From the human T2T-CHM13v2.0 reference genome, Homo sapiens: DNA of 64,000 bases. Below, piece after piece: positions 25,893 through 40,331 of the stretch (positions are counted from its first letter, which is position 1; each line of letters begins with the position of its first letter). Where the stretch lies: assembly GCF_009914755.1 (NCBI RefSeq), contig NC_060937.1, one strand, 5' to 3'. The notes under the pieces are model-generated. The model was not told the DNA's origin. It ran no database searches and saw only the letters and a list, made by a program, of their open reading frames with translations. The translations under genes and the position numbers were made by a program.

Positions 25893-27861
25893 GAAACTTT
25901 AAAAACATATTTATAGCTTTGTGGGTACAAGTGTTTTTTGGTTACATAGATGAATTGTATAGTGATGAAGTCTGAGATTTTAGTGCACCCTGAGAAGTGC
26001 ACATTGTACACAATATATAGTTTTTTAATCCCTTACCCCACTTCACCCTCTCCCTTCTGAGTTTCCAAAGTTCATTATATCACTCTGTGTGCCTTTGTAT
26101 ACCCATAGCTTAGCCCCCATTATAAGTGAGAACATACAATATTTGATTTCCATTACTCAATTACTTCACTTAGAAAATGGCCCCCAGCTACATCCCAGTT
26201 GCTACAAAAGAAATTATTTTGTTATTTTCTATGGTTGAGTAGTATGCCATAGTGTATATATACCATATTTCCTTTATCCACTTATTGGCCAATAGGCACT
26301 TAGGTTGGTTTCATATCTTTACAATTATGAATTTTGTCAAAAATTACATGTGCATGTGCAGATGTCTTTTTCATATAACTTTCCCTTTTGGTAGATACCC
26401 AGTAGTGAGATTGCTGGACCAAATAATAGATCTACTTTTAGTTCTTTAGGACATCTCAGTACTGTTTTCCATAGAGGTTGTACTAATTTACTTTCCCACC
26501 AGCAGTGTATAAGTGTTTCCTTTTCACCACTTTCATGCCAACATCTATTGTTTTTTGACTTTTTAATAATGGCCATTCTTGTAAAGGTAAGGTAGTATCT
26601 TATTGCAGTTTTAATTTGCATTTCCCAGATGATTACTGATTTTGAGCACTCTTTCATATGTTTGGTGGCCATTTGTATTTCTTTTTAGGAGAAATGTCTA
26701 TTCATGGCATTTGCCTACTTTTTGATGGAATTACTTGTTTTTGTTCTTGCTGATTGTTTGAGTTGCTTGTAGTTTCTGGATATTAGTCCTTTGTCAGATG
26801 CATAGTTTGCAAATATTTTCTCTCATTCTATGGGGTTTCTGTGTACTCTGATGATTATTTCTTTTGCTGAACAGAAGCTTATTAGTTTAATTAGGTCTCA
26901 TTTATTTATTTTTTATACATTCGCTTTTGGGGTTTTAGTCATAAATTTTTTACCTTGGCCAATTCCCAGGAGAACTTTTTCTAGGTTTTCTTCTAGAATT
27001 GTTATGATTTCAGGTCTTAGATTTAAGTCTTTGATCCATCTTGAGTTGATTTTTGTATAACGTGAGAGATAAATATATAGTTTCATTTTTCTACATGTCA
27101 CTATCTGATTTCCCCAGCACAATTTATTAAATAGGGTGTCCTTTCTCTAATTTATGTTTCTGTATATTTGTCAAAAATCAGTTGGATGCATTTGGCATTG
27201 TTTCTGGGTTCTCTATTCTGTTCCACTGGTAGATATGTCTACTTTTATACCAGTATCATGCTTTTTTGGTTACTATAGCCTTTTAGTATAATTTGATGTT
27301 GGATAATGTGATGTCTTCAGATTTTTTTTTCCTTAGGATGGCTTTGAATATTCAGAATTGTTTTTGGTTCCATACAAATTTTAGAAATATTTTTTCTAAT
27401 TCTGTGAAAAATGATGTTGGTATTTTGATAGGAATTGCATTGAATCTGTGGATTGCTTTGAGAAATATGATCATTTTTGAGATATTGATTCTTCCAATCC
27501 ATAAGCCTGGGATGTGCTTTCATTTTTTCATGTCATCTATGATTTCCTTCCTCTGCAGTGTTTTGTAGGTATCCTTGTAGAGACCTTTTACCTCTTTAAT
27601 TATATTCCAAAGTATTTCATTTTTTTTTTTTTTTTGCAGATATTGTAAAAGAGATTCTGTTCTTGTTTGATTCTCAGCTTGGTCATTGTTGGTGAATAGC
27701 AGAACTAGTAATAATATTGGTGACCAGTGATATTTCGTCTTCCTCTTTTTCAGTTTAAATGCCCTTTATTTCTTTCTCTTACTTGATTGATACGGCTAAG
27801 ACTTCCAGTACTAGGTTGAATAAAAGTGATGAAAGTGGGCATCCTTGAATTGTTCCTATTC

Positions 27862-28001
27862 TAAGGGGGAATGCATTCAACTTTTCCTCGTTCAGTATAA
27901 TGTTGGTTGTGGGTTTGTCATACATAGCTTATAAGGGGGAATGCATTCAACTTTTCCTCGTTCAGTATAATGTTGGTTGTGGGTTTGTCATACATAGCTT
28001 A
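27862..28001. repeat. Perfect 70-bp tandem duplication
   Basis: taagggggaatgcattc...catacatagctta occurs at 27862-27931 and again at 27932-28001 with no mismatch. Confidence 0.97.
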
Positions 28002-28008
<7 letters not shown>

Positions 28009-28050
<42 letters not shown>

Positions 28051-28331
28051 GAGACGGAGTCTCGCTTTGTCGCCCAGGCTGGAGTGCAGTGGCTTAATCT
28101 CCGGTCACTGAAAGCTCCGCTTCCCGTGTTCAGGCCATTCTCCTGCCTCAGCCTGTGGAGTAGCTGGGACTACAGGCGCCCACTACCACTCCCGGCTAAT
28201 TTTTTGTATTTTTAGTAGAGACGGAGTTTCACTGTGTTAGCCAGGATGGTCTCTGTCTTCTGACCTCATGATCTGCCCACCTCGGCCTCCCAAAGTGCTG
28301 GGATTACAGGTGTCAGCCACCGCGCCCGGCC
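28009..28331 (-). mobile_element. AluY inserted in L1PB ORF2, with a (TAA)n tail
   Basis: AluY diagnostics. TSD tagcttatattatt at 27995 and 28332. (ATT)16 at 28003-28050. Confidence 0.94.
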
Positions 28332-31300
28332 TAGCTTATATTATTTTGAGATATGTCCCTTGTATGCCTAATTTGTTGAGGGTTTTTATCACAAAGGGAT
28401 GCTGAATTTAATTAAATGCTTTTTCTACATCTACTGATATGATCATATAGATTTTGTTTTAAATTCAGTTTATGTCATGTATCATATTTATTGACTTGTG
28501 TGTATAAAGCCTTCTCTGTATCCCAGAGACAAAACCCAACTGAACATGATGTATTATCTGTTTGATCCTCTGTTGGATTCTGTTAGCCAGAGTTTTGTTG
28601 AGGATTTTTGCGTCTATATTCATCAAAGATATTGGTCTGCAGCTTTTTGTTGTTGTTGTTATATCCTTTCCTGATTTTGGTATCAGGGTCATACCTGGCT
28701 TCATAGAATGAGTTAGGGAGGACTTCCTTTCTCAATTTTCTGGAATAGTTTCAGTAGAATTGGTACCAATTCTTCTTTCAGTGTGTGCTGAAATTCAGCT
28801 GTGAATTTATCCGGCCCTGGGCTTTTTGTGATGTTGGCATTTTTTATTTTTTTTTACTACTGATTCAATTTCACTGCTTGTTATTGGTCTGTTCATGGTT
28901 TCTATTTCTTCCTGATTTAATCTAGGAGGGTTGTATGTTTCCCGAAATTTATTTATTTCCTCTAAGTTTTCCAGTTTGTCTGCAAAGAGATGCTCGTAGT
29001 AGTCCCAAATTATCTTTTGTATCTCTGTGGTGCCAGTTGTAAGGTCTTCATTTTCATTTCTAAGTGAGTTTATTTGAATCTTCTCTCTTATTTTCTTGAT
29101 AGATCTAGCTAATTATCTATCAATTTTTGTTTATCTTTTCAAAAAATCAACTTTTTGTTTTATTTTTCTTTTGTATTTTTTGTTAACTTTTCAATTTCAT
29201 TTCATTCTGCTTTGATCTTTGTTATTTATTTTCTTATGCTAGCTTTGAGTTTTGTTTGTTCTTCTTTCTTTAGTTCTTTGAGGTGTGATGTTAATTTGTC
29301 AATTTGTTATCTTTCAGTTTTTGATGCAGGCATTTAGCACTGTAAGCTCTCTTCTTAGTACTGCTTCTACTGTATCCCAGAAGTTTTGATAACTTTTGTC
29401 ATTATTATCATTTATTTCAAGATATTTTTAAATCTCTATCTTGATTTAATTGCTTACCCCAAAATCATTCAGGAACAGAGTGTTTAATTTCTTTGTGTTT
29501 GAATAGTTTTGATAGTTCCTTTTGCAGTTGATTTCTAGTTTTATTCCACTGTGGTCTGAGAAGATACTTGATATGATTTCAATTTTTAAAAATTCATTAA
29601 GGCGCATTTCATGACCTATCATATGGTCTATCTTAGAGAATGTTCCACGTGCTGATGAGAAAAATGTATATTCTGCAGTACTTGGGTGGAATATTCTGTT
29701 TATATCTGTTAGGCCCATTTGTTCTATAGTGTAGTTTGCATCCATTGTTTCTTCATTGACTTTCTGTCTTGAGGATCTGTCTAAAGCCATCAGGGAGTGG
29801 TGAAATTCCCCACTATTATTGTGTTCCTGTCTATATCATTTCATAGGTCGAGTGGTATTTGTTTTATCAATCTGAAAGATCCAGTGTTAGGTGCATATAC
29901 ATTTAGGATTATAGTATAGTCTTGTTTGATTGATCATTTTATCGTGATATAAAGACTTTTTTCTTTAAAAAAAACTTGTTGTTTTAAAGTCTGTTTTAGC
30001 TCATTTAAGAATAGCTACTTCTACATGCTCTTGATTTTCATTTACATGAAATAGCTTTGTTTCACCCTATTACCTTGAGTTAATATGAATCCTTATATTT
30101 TAGGTGAGTCTCATGAGGACAGAAGATATTTGGTTTGTGATGTTTTTTATCCATTCTGCCATTCTGTGTCTTCTAAATGGAGCATTCAAGCCACTTGTGT
30201 TCAATGTTAATATTGAAATGTGAGGCCCTGTTTCAATCATCATGTTAATTGTTACCTAGACACTTTGCTTGCTTCATTGTGTTATTGTTTTATAAGCACT
30301 GTTTTATGCTTTCAAGAGGTTCTCTGCTGGTGCATACCATCCTTTGTTTCAAGATTTAGAACTCCTTTTAGTATTTCTTATAGGGCTGGTCTTGTAGTAA
30401 CAAAGTCCCTCAGCATTTGTTTGTCCAAAACTAAGTATATTTCTCTATCATTTATGAAAGTTAATTTTGCTGGATGAAAATTTTTGGCTAATAGTTATAC
30501 TGTTTAAGGAGGCTACACATAATCCCTTCTGGCTTGTAAAGTTTCTTCTGAGAAGTCTGGTGTTAGTCTGAGAGATTTGTCCTTTATAGATTACCTGATA
30601 CTTTTGCCCCACAGCTCTTAGAATTATTTCCTTCATGTTGACTTTAGATAGCCTGATGACTACAGGGCTTTGTGATGTTCTTTTTGCAATAAATCTCCCA
30701 GGAGTTCTTTCTGCTTCTTGTATGTGGGTATCTAAATCTCTAGCAAGGCCAGGGACGTTTCATCCATTATTCTCTTAGATAAGTTTTCCAAATTTTTGCT
30801 TTCTCTTTTTCCTCAGGAAATCCAATTATTCTTAGGTTTGGCCATTTTACATAATCCCATATTTCTTGGAGACATTTTTTTCATTTCTTTTGATTTTATT
30901 TTCTTTATTTTTGTCTGATTGGGTTATTTTAAAAGCCTTGTCTTTGAGTTCTGAAATTCTTTGTTCTACTTGGTCTAGACTATTGTTAAAACTTTCCACT
31001 ATATTTTTAAATTCCATAAATGTGTCTTTCAATTCCAGAAGTTCTAATTGATTTTTCTTTAAAATAGCCAGCTCTTTAGAAAATTTTAATTCATATCTTG
31101 AATTGTTTTTATATATCTTTAAGTTTATTTTTATCTTTCTCTGGTATCTCCTTGAGTAGGTTAATAATTATCCTTTTGAATTCATTATCTTGTATTTCAA
31201 ATATTTTATTTTCATTTGGATCTATTGTTGGAGAGCTGTTGTGATATTTTGGAGATGTTATAGAATCCTGTTTTGTCCTATTGCCAGAGTTATTTTCCTG

Positions 31301-33879
31301 TTTTTTTTTTCTCATTTGAGTAGACTATTCTAATTATTCTTGAATTTATTTTTTTATTTAACTGTGTTTTATTTTTAAACTTCTTTTCTTCTTCCTTAAG
31401 GATGTGACTAATATTTATAGATTATTGTAACCTATATCAACTCTTGGTGCTTTCAGGGGTGAAGCATCTGCATGGATTCCTTTGTTATATAGTCTTTGTA
31501 TGATGGCTTTCTCAAGTGCTGGTTGTAGTAGCATTGTGTTTGGTGTGTGAACAAGTTCACTCTCTTCTATGGGGTTGGAATGGAAGAGATCTCTTGAAGC
31601 TTATATCATTCCCCTATGGTGTGTACTTTTTTATATGTATTTTTTTCCGTATTTTATTTTACTGTGTTGAATAGTTCAGGATTCAGGTCTGAAGGGAAAG
31701 TGTCCCTGGGTAGAAGCTGGTGTGGCTAAAATAGGTGGGTAAATGCAATACCTCATGTTGTGTAGAGGTCCCAGCCTTGACAGAAGTTGTTAGAGGAACA
31801 CTCAATGAAATGCACTGAGGTCTTGTTAGGGGGAAGGGTAGGAGCCACCTAGCTCCTACGCCAGGCCAGCATGAAAGTGATACACCTCCCAGACATACTC
31901 CTAACCAAGTGTCCTGGCTATTCAGATCAAACAGGCACCTCTTTTCATCTGCAAGAATGTTGATATTCAAAGTAGAGAGGAATTGTGACTCTACCCCTCT
32001 GAAAAGTTGAACCTGGAGGGCATTCCTCCTGTGGGGATGTAGTCACCCTGAAATGTTCCAGAAAGGCTCCCTATAATTGCACCCACACCAAGCTCCCATG
32101 GGAGAAGCCCAAGCTGTGCCTGCAGTGATGGACAAGGGGGAAAAGTACTTCCCTCCCCCAAGACCCTTCATGAGCCCTAGGGCTGCCTGATGATTGGGGT
32201 AGAACTGCAGACTTTCTCTACTGAGCCCAGCATAGCACTTGTGACTCTTCTGAAGGAAACTTCCCACCAGAAGAAAGTCCTTGAACTCAAGGCCTGCCGT
32301 CCAGATCTTTGTCTCATGGGGCAGTCCTTTGATGCAGTGCACTCCCCCTTCCTCTAGGAGTAAGAGTGCCTGAGAGTCAGATTATTGTGAATGCTGCCGC
32401 TCCTCTGAGTCCCACTGGCAACTACCAGTGGGACTGCCACACTCCAGGCTGGTGCTAGGGAATGCCTGCAAGAGATCCAGTGATGTGACCTGTCCTCAAG
32501 ACTCCCAGCAGCAGGTGCCAGTTCTGATGTGGGTGACAGGAGAGTGACGTAGATTTTGAGAAATTCCTTGGTAGTAAATAACCTTATTGTGCTGGCTTTG
32601 TCAAATGTTGGTTTTAGTAGTAGTAAACTGGTCTTGTGGATAGACTCAGGACCTCCTTGTTAGCCAGGATGCTACAGGCAATAGTGATGGCTGAGGTCAC
32701 AAACAAGTTTTCTCCTTCTTGGGTGCAGTGTTATTCTACCTGGAGATGCTATAATGGACTGTGTCTGTTGGCCTCCAGCCAGGAAGTAGCACTAGCAAAA
32801 AAAGTGCCAGCTGTGGTAGTAGTGGTGGGATTAGTGCTTGCCTTATGCTACCTAGGGAGGTACTTTCCTTTCTCAGGCAATTGGGTGGGGCCATAGAGCT
32901 TCCAAAATATTCTCTCCATTGTCTTAAGCTACTAGGGCAAGTGGAGGGGCAAAATCAAGTGGGGGCTGTGTCAGGTAGGTCCACACTCTGTCTCTCCACA
33001 TGTGGGGCAAGCAGCAGCACATGTGAGATTTGGGGAGTGGTTTTTTGCCCACTGAGGTAACGTTACATGGAGGAACAAAGCTGCCTCTTCTGCACAGAAG
33101 AGTTTGCAAAGGAAGTGGGTAGTAACAGACAGCAGGAAGACCCACCTGACTTCCACACACTTGGCAAGGCTGGTCCCACACATGCAGTGTCTCATAAGCT
33201 GCAGCTCAGTATCTTCCAGGCAGTCTGGGCTCAGAACTCAAATCTGCCCCAGGCCATAAGACTTCCTGATGGAGACAACAATGTGGCTTTCCTCTCAGTC
33301 TGCCCACAAAACCAGGGTGCCTAGCTCTTACACTTGTGGCTACAGCAGACTTCCCACTTGACCGTGGTTCTGGACAAGATAATTTTTCCCCACTTGAACT
33401 ATATTACATATTTCAGTTGGAAGCTTCACTCATCTTGAAACCGCTGCCTGAGTTAGCCGGCAGACTTCTATGAGTTTCCCTGTAATGCAAAATCAGAAAC
33501 AGCTTCCCTAGGTTTGTGCTAGATACTGGGGATGATGGCAAGGCTCTTCCCACTGCCGCTCCTTTTATAAGCCCACTGCTCTGTAAATCTCTTCCTGCAC
33601 TGGGTATGGTTAGACCTCTTGTGACCTGGATTGCCAAATCATCCAGTGGAGTGTATATTCTAGGGGAAATTTCTCCCCTTCTCACACTCTGGGGACTTAA
33701 AAGTTTCTGCCTGGCTCATAGTGTAGGCAGAAGCCTGATGCTTTTTTCTAAGGGTCTGTGGTTTCCTGTTAAGTTTCTGCATTGCTTCTTGGAAAAGAGT
33801 TTGCAATATGGACCTCTACACACTATTTTGTCTTTCCAAGTAGGAGATGCATGCTAACACTACTTCCAGTATTCATCTT

Positions 33880-36800
33880 AGATGGTATCTGTTTAAAATA
33901 ATATGTTATATCTAAAATTATTTTCTATAAGCCTCATGATAACCACAATTCAAAAACCCATAATAGATTCATTAAAAATAAAAGCAATAAATTAAAATAT
34001 ACTACCAAGGAAACTTGTTTAACCACAAAGGAAGACAGGAAGAAAAAAAATAAGTAAGGGAAGAGTTACAAAACATTCAGAAAACACACCATAAAATATT
34101 AGTAGTAAGTTCTTACTTATCAATATTAACACAGAATGTTAGTAAATTCAATTCTCTAATTAAAAGTCGTAGAATTCTGAGTGGATAAAGAAACAATACC
34201 CAATTATATGCTGCCTACAAGAAAACTACTTCTCCTACAAGGACATATACATACTAAAAGTAAAAGGGTGAAAAATAATATACCATGCAAGTAGAATCCA
34301 AAAAAGAGGAAGGATAGCTTTACTGATATCAGATAAAATAGAATACAAGTCAAAGACTATTAAAAGAGACAAAGAATGTCACTATATAATAATAAAAAAG
34401 TCAATTCAGCAGGAGAATATAAAAATTATAAATATTTATCCATCTACCACAGGAGCACCCATGTATATAAAGCCAACAGTAATAGATCTAAAATGAGAGA
34501 TATATATCAATACAATTATAGTAGGGGACTTCAACACACCACTGTCATTAATAGACGGATAATCCAGACAGATAATTAATTAAGAAACATTGGATTTAAA
34601 CTACATAGTAGACCAAATAGGTCTAATGAATGTTTATAGGACATTTCATACGGCTGCTGTGGAATGCATATTATTCCAATTACCAAAGGGAACATTGTCT
34701 AGAATAGACCACATTTTAGGCCACAAGAGATGTCTCAACAAATTTTCAAAAAACTGAAAATGATATTAAGTACCTTTTCTGATCACAAGGGAATAAAACT
34801 AGATATCAATAAAAAAATGAAAACTCAGAAGATATACAAAACACAATAAAATTAAACAATGTAATTCTGAAAGACCAGTGGGTCAATGAAGAAATTAAAA
34901 AGGAAACTAAAAAATTTCTAGAAACAGATGAAAATAGAACTACAACACACTAATATCTGGTACAGAGCAAAATCAATATTAAAAGGAAAAAAATTAGGAA
35001 GAGTTCAAATAAAATTCCAAACAATATAATCAAGGAACTAGAAAACCAAAAACAAATCAATTACAAGATTTGCATAAGGAAAGAAATAATAAAATCAAAG
35101 TATAAGTAAATGAAATTGAGACTAAAGTAGTTATAGACTATTAACAAACAAAAAGTTGGGTTTTGAAAAGATAAATAAAAATCCATAAAGTGTCATGTAG
35201 ACTAAGGAAAAAAGAAAGTGGACTCAACTAAACATAATCGGAGACAAAACAGAAGACATAATAAATGAGACCACAGAAATACAAAGAATCATTAGAGACT
35301 ATTGTGAGCAACTATCTCTAACAAATTGGAAAACCTAGAAGAAATGGATAAATTTCTGGACTCACACAGCCTACCAAGATTGAACCATGAAGAAATAGAA
35401 AACCTTAACAAACCAAAAAACAAGTAATGAGCTCCTCTGATCTAATTAGGGAGCTCTAAGAAGACTCCCATCTAAGAAAAGCCTAGGAACTGGTGGCTTC
35501 ACTGCTGAATTCTACCAAACACTTAAAGAACTAATACTAATCCTACTAGAGTTATTCCAAAAAATTGAAGTCGAGGTAATACTTCCAAAATCATTGTATG
35601 AGGCCACCATTACACTGATAAAAAATAAGAGGACACAACCAAAAAAAAAGAAAACTACCAGCCAGCCAGTATCAGTGATGAACACAGATACAAAAATCCT
35701 CAACAAAATGCTAGCAAACTGAATTCAACACCACATTTAAAAGGTCATGAACAAGTGGGATCCATCCAGGGATGCCAGACTTATTCAGCGTATGCAAATC
35801 AATAAACACGATACATCACATTAGCAGAATCAAAAACAAAAGCTATATAATCATTTCAAAAAATGCTGAAAATGTATGAAATAAAATTTAATATTACTTT
35901 ATAATAAAAAGACTCAACAAATTGGTTATAGAAGAGCATAGCTCAGGATAAAAAAGGCAATATATGACAAACCCATTGTTAACTTCATAAGGAAAGCAGA
36001 AAACATGAAATGCTTTTCTCTAAGATCTGTAACAAGGCAAGGTTATCCACTTTCCCCACTTTTATTCAACATAATGCTGAGAGTCTTGGCTCGAGCAATT
36101 AGGCAATAGAACAAAGATATAAAGGACATCAAAACTGGAAAGGACATAGTCAAATCAGCCTACTTCTCAGATGAGATGACATAATCACATACTTAGAAAA
36201 CCTGACCACTCCACCAAAAAGCTGTTAGAGCCAGTAAGCAAATTCAGTAAAGCTTCAGAAAACAAGATCGACATACAAAAATCAGTAGCATTTCTATATG
36301 CCAACGGTGAACAATCTGAAAGAGAAATCAATAAATCATCCATGTATAATAGTTACAAAGAATATAAAATACCTAGGAATCATTTTAACCTAAGAAGCGA
36401 AGGATCTCTAGAAGGAAAACTATAAAACACTGATAAATTGAAGGGGACACACCAAAAAATGGAAATATATTCCAGGCTCAAGGACTGGAATAATTAATAT
36501 TGTTTAAATGACAATGTTACCCAAAGCAATTTACAGACACAATGCAACCCCTATCAAAACACGAATGGCATTCCTCTTATGAATGGAAAAATCTCCTAAA
36601 ATTTATACAGAACTACGAAAGATCTTAAATAGCAAAAGCAATCCTGAACAAAAGGAACACAGTTGGAAGCATCACACTAGCTGACATCAAAATATACTAC
36701 AATGTTATTGTAAACAAATCAACATGATACTGACATAAAAAAATTCCATATAGACCAATGGAATAGAATACAAAACCCAAATATAAATTCACACATCTAG

Positions 36801-37327
36801 AGCCAATTCTTTTTCAACAAAACACTAAGTATATTCAATAAGGGAAAGATAGTACCTCCAAAAAAATGGTGCTGAGAAAGCTGGATATCTATATGCCAAA
36901 GAATGAAACTAGGCCCCTATTTCTCACCAAATGCAAAAATCAAATAAAAGTACATTAAAGACTAAAATATAATGCCTGAAACTATAAAACTACTAAAAGA
37001 AAACATTGTAGATCTGCTTCAGGACATTGGTCTGAGCAAATTTTTTTTGTGAAAAACTTTAAAAGCACTAGTAACCAAAGTAAAAATAAACAAGTGGAAT
37101 TGCATAAAGATAAAAGCTTCTGCATAGCAAAGAAAACAACATAGTGAAAAGACAACCAACAAAATGAAAGAAAATATTTACAAAGTATCTGTCTGACCAG
37201 AGATTAATAATCAGAATATATAAAGCCCTCAAACAACTCAATAGCAAAAAATAAGCCAGTCATAGAATGACACATATTGCATGCTCTTACTCATACATAG
37301 GAGCTAAATTTAAAAAATAAACTTATG
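33880..37327 (+). mobile_element. L1MA inter-ORF and decayed ORF2 (continuation of 25262-25892)
   Basis: Endonuclease motif atatgctgcctacaagaaa and RT-region caaggcaaggttatccactt. Jumps to the 3' UTR near 37250. Confidence 0.9.
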
Positions 37328-40027
37328 GAATCGATTCAGGGAAAATGGCAGACAGGAAGCAGGACTAACTTGCAGCATCCACTCGGATGGACAAACCAGT
37401 GTGTGGAAACCCATATCTTGAACAAATTTTGCTCCAAGAACTACTGCAGGAACATACCAGGAAAGTCAAGAGAATCCACAGACCCTCAGAAGGAGGTGGG
37501 TTGCTGTTGGTTCTGTGGTTCTGTGGGACAGGTGAGGAACTGTGAGTCTGCTTGCTTTCTCAGCTGGGGACAGTTCTCAACCCTGCTCACCAGCTGCCTG
37601 GAAGTAAACTCGGTGCTGTTTTGGGAACACAGTGGGAGTGAGACCAGCCTACTGGGCTGTGGGCTGCATGGGAGCTAGGTGAGGACTGTGAGGACTGTGG
37701 CTGCCAGCTTTTCCCCACTTCCCTGGGGACCTGTGTGGTGCAGCAGAGACAGCCATAATCCCTCTGGGAATATAACTCCCTTGGTCTGGGAACCACACCC
37801 CATCCCCCATGGCAGCCACAGCAAGCCCCATGGAAGGAGAGTCTTGAACACAGACATGCCTAAGCCTGACCCCACCTGATGGTCTTTCTCTACCCATCCT
37901 GGTAGCAGAAGAAAAAAAAAACATAATCTCTTGGGAGCTCTATGACCCTGCCCACCACCTGATTCCCCCTAATCTACCATAGCGGATGTGCTCTTGAAAG
38001 CACAACCTCCTGCTTCAAAATGCAAAAAACACAAAACTAGTGCGCTTAACAAAAATGCAACAAAAGACTCTCACAGAATCCACTTCACTCCTCTGTTACC
38101 TCCACCAGAGCAGGTGCTGGTATCCACAGCTGAGAGACCTGAAGACAGGTCACTTCACAGAACTCTTTGCAGACATTCCCCAGTACCAACCCCGAGTGTG
38201 GTAACTCTGCTGAGTGGCTAGATCCAGAAGGGAAATAACAACCACTGTAGTTGAGTCCTCAGGAAGGCCCATCCTTAGGGGAAAGGGGAGAGTACCATAT
38301 CAAAGGAGCACCCTGTGGGACAAAAGAACTTGAACAGCAGCGCTTGAGGCCCAGAACATCTCTCTGACATAGTCTACCCAAATAAGAGTGAAGAAGAAAA
38401 ACAATTCTGGTAATATGACAAAACAAAATTCTTCAACACCCCCTAAAAGATCATACTAGCTCACCAGCAATGAATTCAAACCAAGAAGAAATGTCTGAAT
38501 TGCCAGAGAAAATAATTCAGAAGGTCAACTATTAAGCTAATCAAGGAGGCACCATAGAAAAGTGGAGTCCAATGTTAAGAAATCAATAAAAAAGATACAA
38601 AATATGAATGGAAAATTCTGCAGTAAAATAGATAGCATAAATAGAAAACCATCACAACTACCAGAAATGAAGGACACACTTAGAGAATTGCAGAATGTAC
38701 TGGAAACGCTCAGCAATAGAAGAGAACAAGTAGAAGAAAGCATTTCAGAGCTTGAAGACAAGGCTCTTTAATTAACTCAATCCTACAAAGATTAAAAAAA
38801 AATAACGAAGACTCAAAGAAGTTTTGGATAAGGTCAAACAACCAAACCTAAGAATAATTGGTATTCCTAAGGAAGAAAAAATCTATAAGTTTGGAAAATA
38901 TATTTGAGGGAATAATTGAGGAAAACTTCCTTAACCTTGCCAGAGATCTAGACATCCAAATACAAGAAGGTAAAAGAACACCAGGTCAATTCATCACAAA
39001 AAGGTCATCACCAAAGCACATAGTCATCAGGTTATCTAAAGTTAAGAAAAATTTTGAAAATCTTAAGAGTTGTGAGGCAAAAGCCTCAGGTAAACTATAA
39101 AGGAAAATCTATCAGATTAACAGCAGATTTCCTGGCAGAAACCCTACAAGCTAGAAAGGATTGGAGTCCTATGTTAACCTCCTTAAACAGAACAATTACC
39201 AGACAAGAATTTTGTATCCAGCAAAACTAAGCATTATAAATTAAGAAAAGATACAGTTTTTTTTCAGACAAACAAATGTTGAGCAAATTTGCCACTACCA
39301 AACCAGAACTACAAGAACTTCTAAAAGGAGCTCTAAATCTTGAAACAATTTCTCAAAATACATCTAAATAGAACTCATTAAATTAAAAATCTCACAGGAC
39401 TTATAAAAAACACAATGATAAAAACCTAAGTTTTTCAGACAACAAATAGCATAATGAATAGAATAGTACCTCACATCTCAATACTAATGTTGAATGTAAA
39501 TGGCTAAAATGCTCCACTTAAAAGATACAGAACAGCAGAATGGATAAGAATTCACCAACCAAATATCTGCTATCTTCAAGAGACTCACCTCACACATAAG
39601 GACTCACATAAACTTAAGGTGAAGGGGTTAAAAAGATATCCAATGTAAATGGAAACCAAAAAACAAACAGGAGTAGCTTTCTTATGTCAGACAAGACAGA
39701 CTTTAAAACAGCAGCAGTCAAAAAAGACAAAGAGGAACTGTGATGATAAAAGGACTAGTTCAACAGAAAGATATCACAATACTAAATATATATGCACCTA
39801 ACACTAGAGCTTCCATATTTTTAAAACAACTACTACTAGACCTAAGAAATAACATAGACAGCAACACTATAATAGTGGGGCTCTTCAATATTTCACTGAC
39901 AGTATTAGACAGGTCATCAAGACAGAAAGTCAACAAATGAACGGTGGACATAAACTATGCCCTAGAACAAATGTACTTAATAGTTATTTACAGAACATTC
40001 TACTCAACAACTGCAGAGTATATGTTC

Positions 40028-40331
40028 TTTTTTTTTTTTTTTTTTCCAAGTCTCACTCTATTGCCCAGGCTGGAGTGCAATGATGCAATGACATGATCTC
40101 AGCTCACTGCAACCTCCACCTCCTGGGTTCTAGTGATTCTCCTGGCTCTGCCACCCAAGTAGCTAGGAATACAGGTGTGTGCCAGCACGACCAGCTAATT
40201 TTTGTACTTTTAGTAGAGATGGGGTTTCATCATGTTGGCCAGGCTGGTCTCGAACTCCTGATCTCAGGTGATCAGCCCACCTCGGCCTCCCAAAGTGCTG
40301 GGATTATAGGTGTGAGCCGCAACACCTGGCT
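40028..40331 (-). mobile_element. AluS (Sx-like) in L1PB1
   Basis: Full dimer with ctcaggtgatc. Flanks atgttctttt/acattctttt. Confidence 0.93.

Larger units (their letters stand above)
25893..33879 (-). mobile_element. Near full-length L1PB2/3-like LINE, ORFs decayed
   Basis: L1PB 3' end (ggttacatagatgaattgtatagtgatgaagtctgag). ORF2 pieces [15 protein letters not shown] and FSKIDHMIGH. ORF1 pieces near 30450-31300. Long 5' UTR ending catctt. TSD agatgtcatctcttta/agatggtatctgttta. Confidence 0.93.

Noticed and set aside
27862-28050. Direct repeats as a CRISPR-like array
   Set aside because: Two abutting copies with no spacers, inside L1 sequence in a eukaryotic genome.
31300-33879. GC-richer segment with many ORFs as a promoter or gene
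   Set aside because: It is the CpG-decayed 5' UTR of the minus-strand L1PB, bounded by the L1 TSD.
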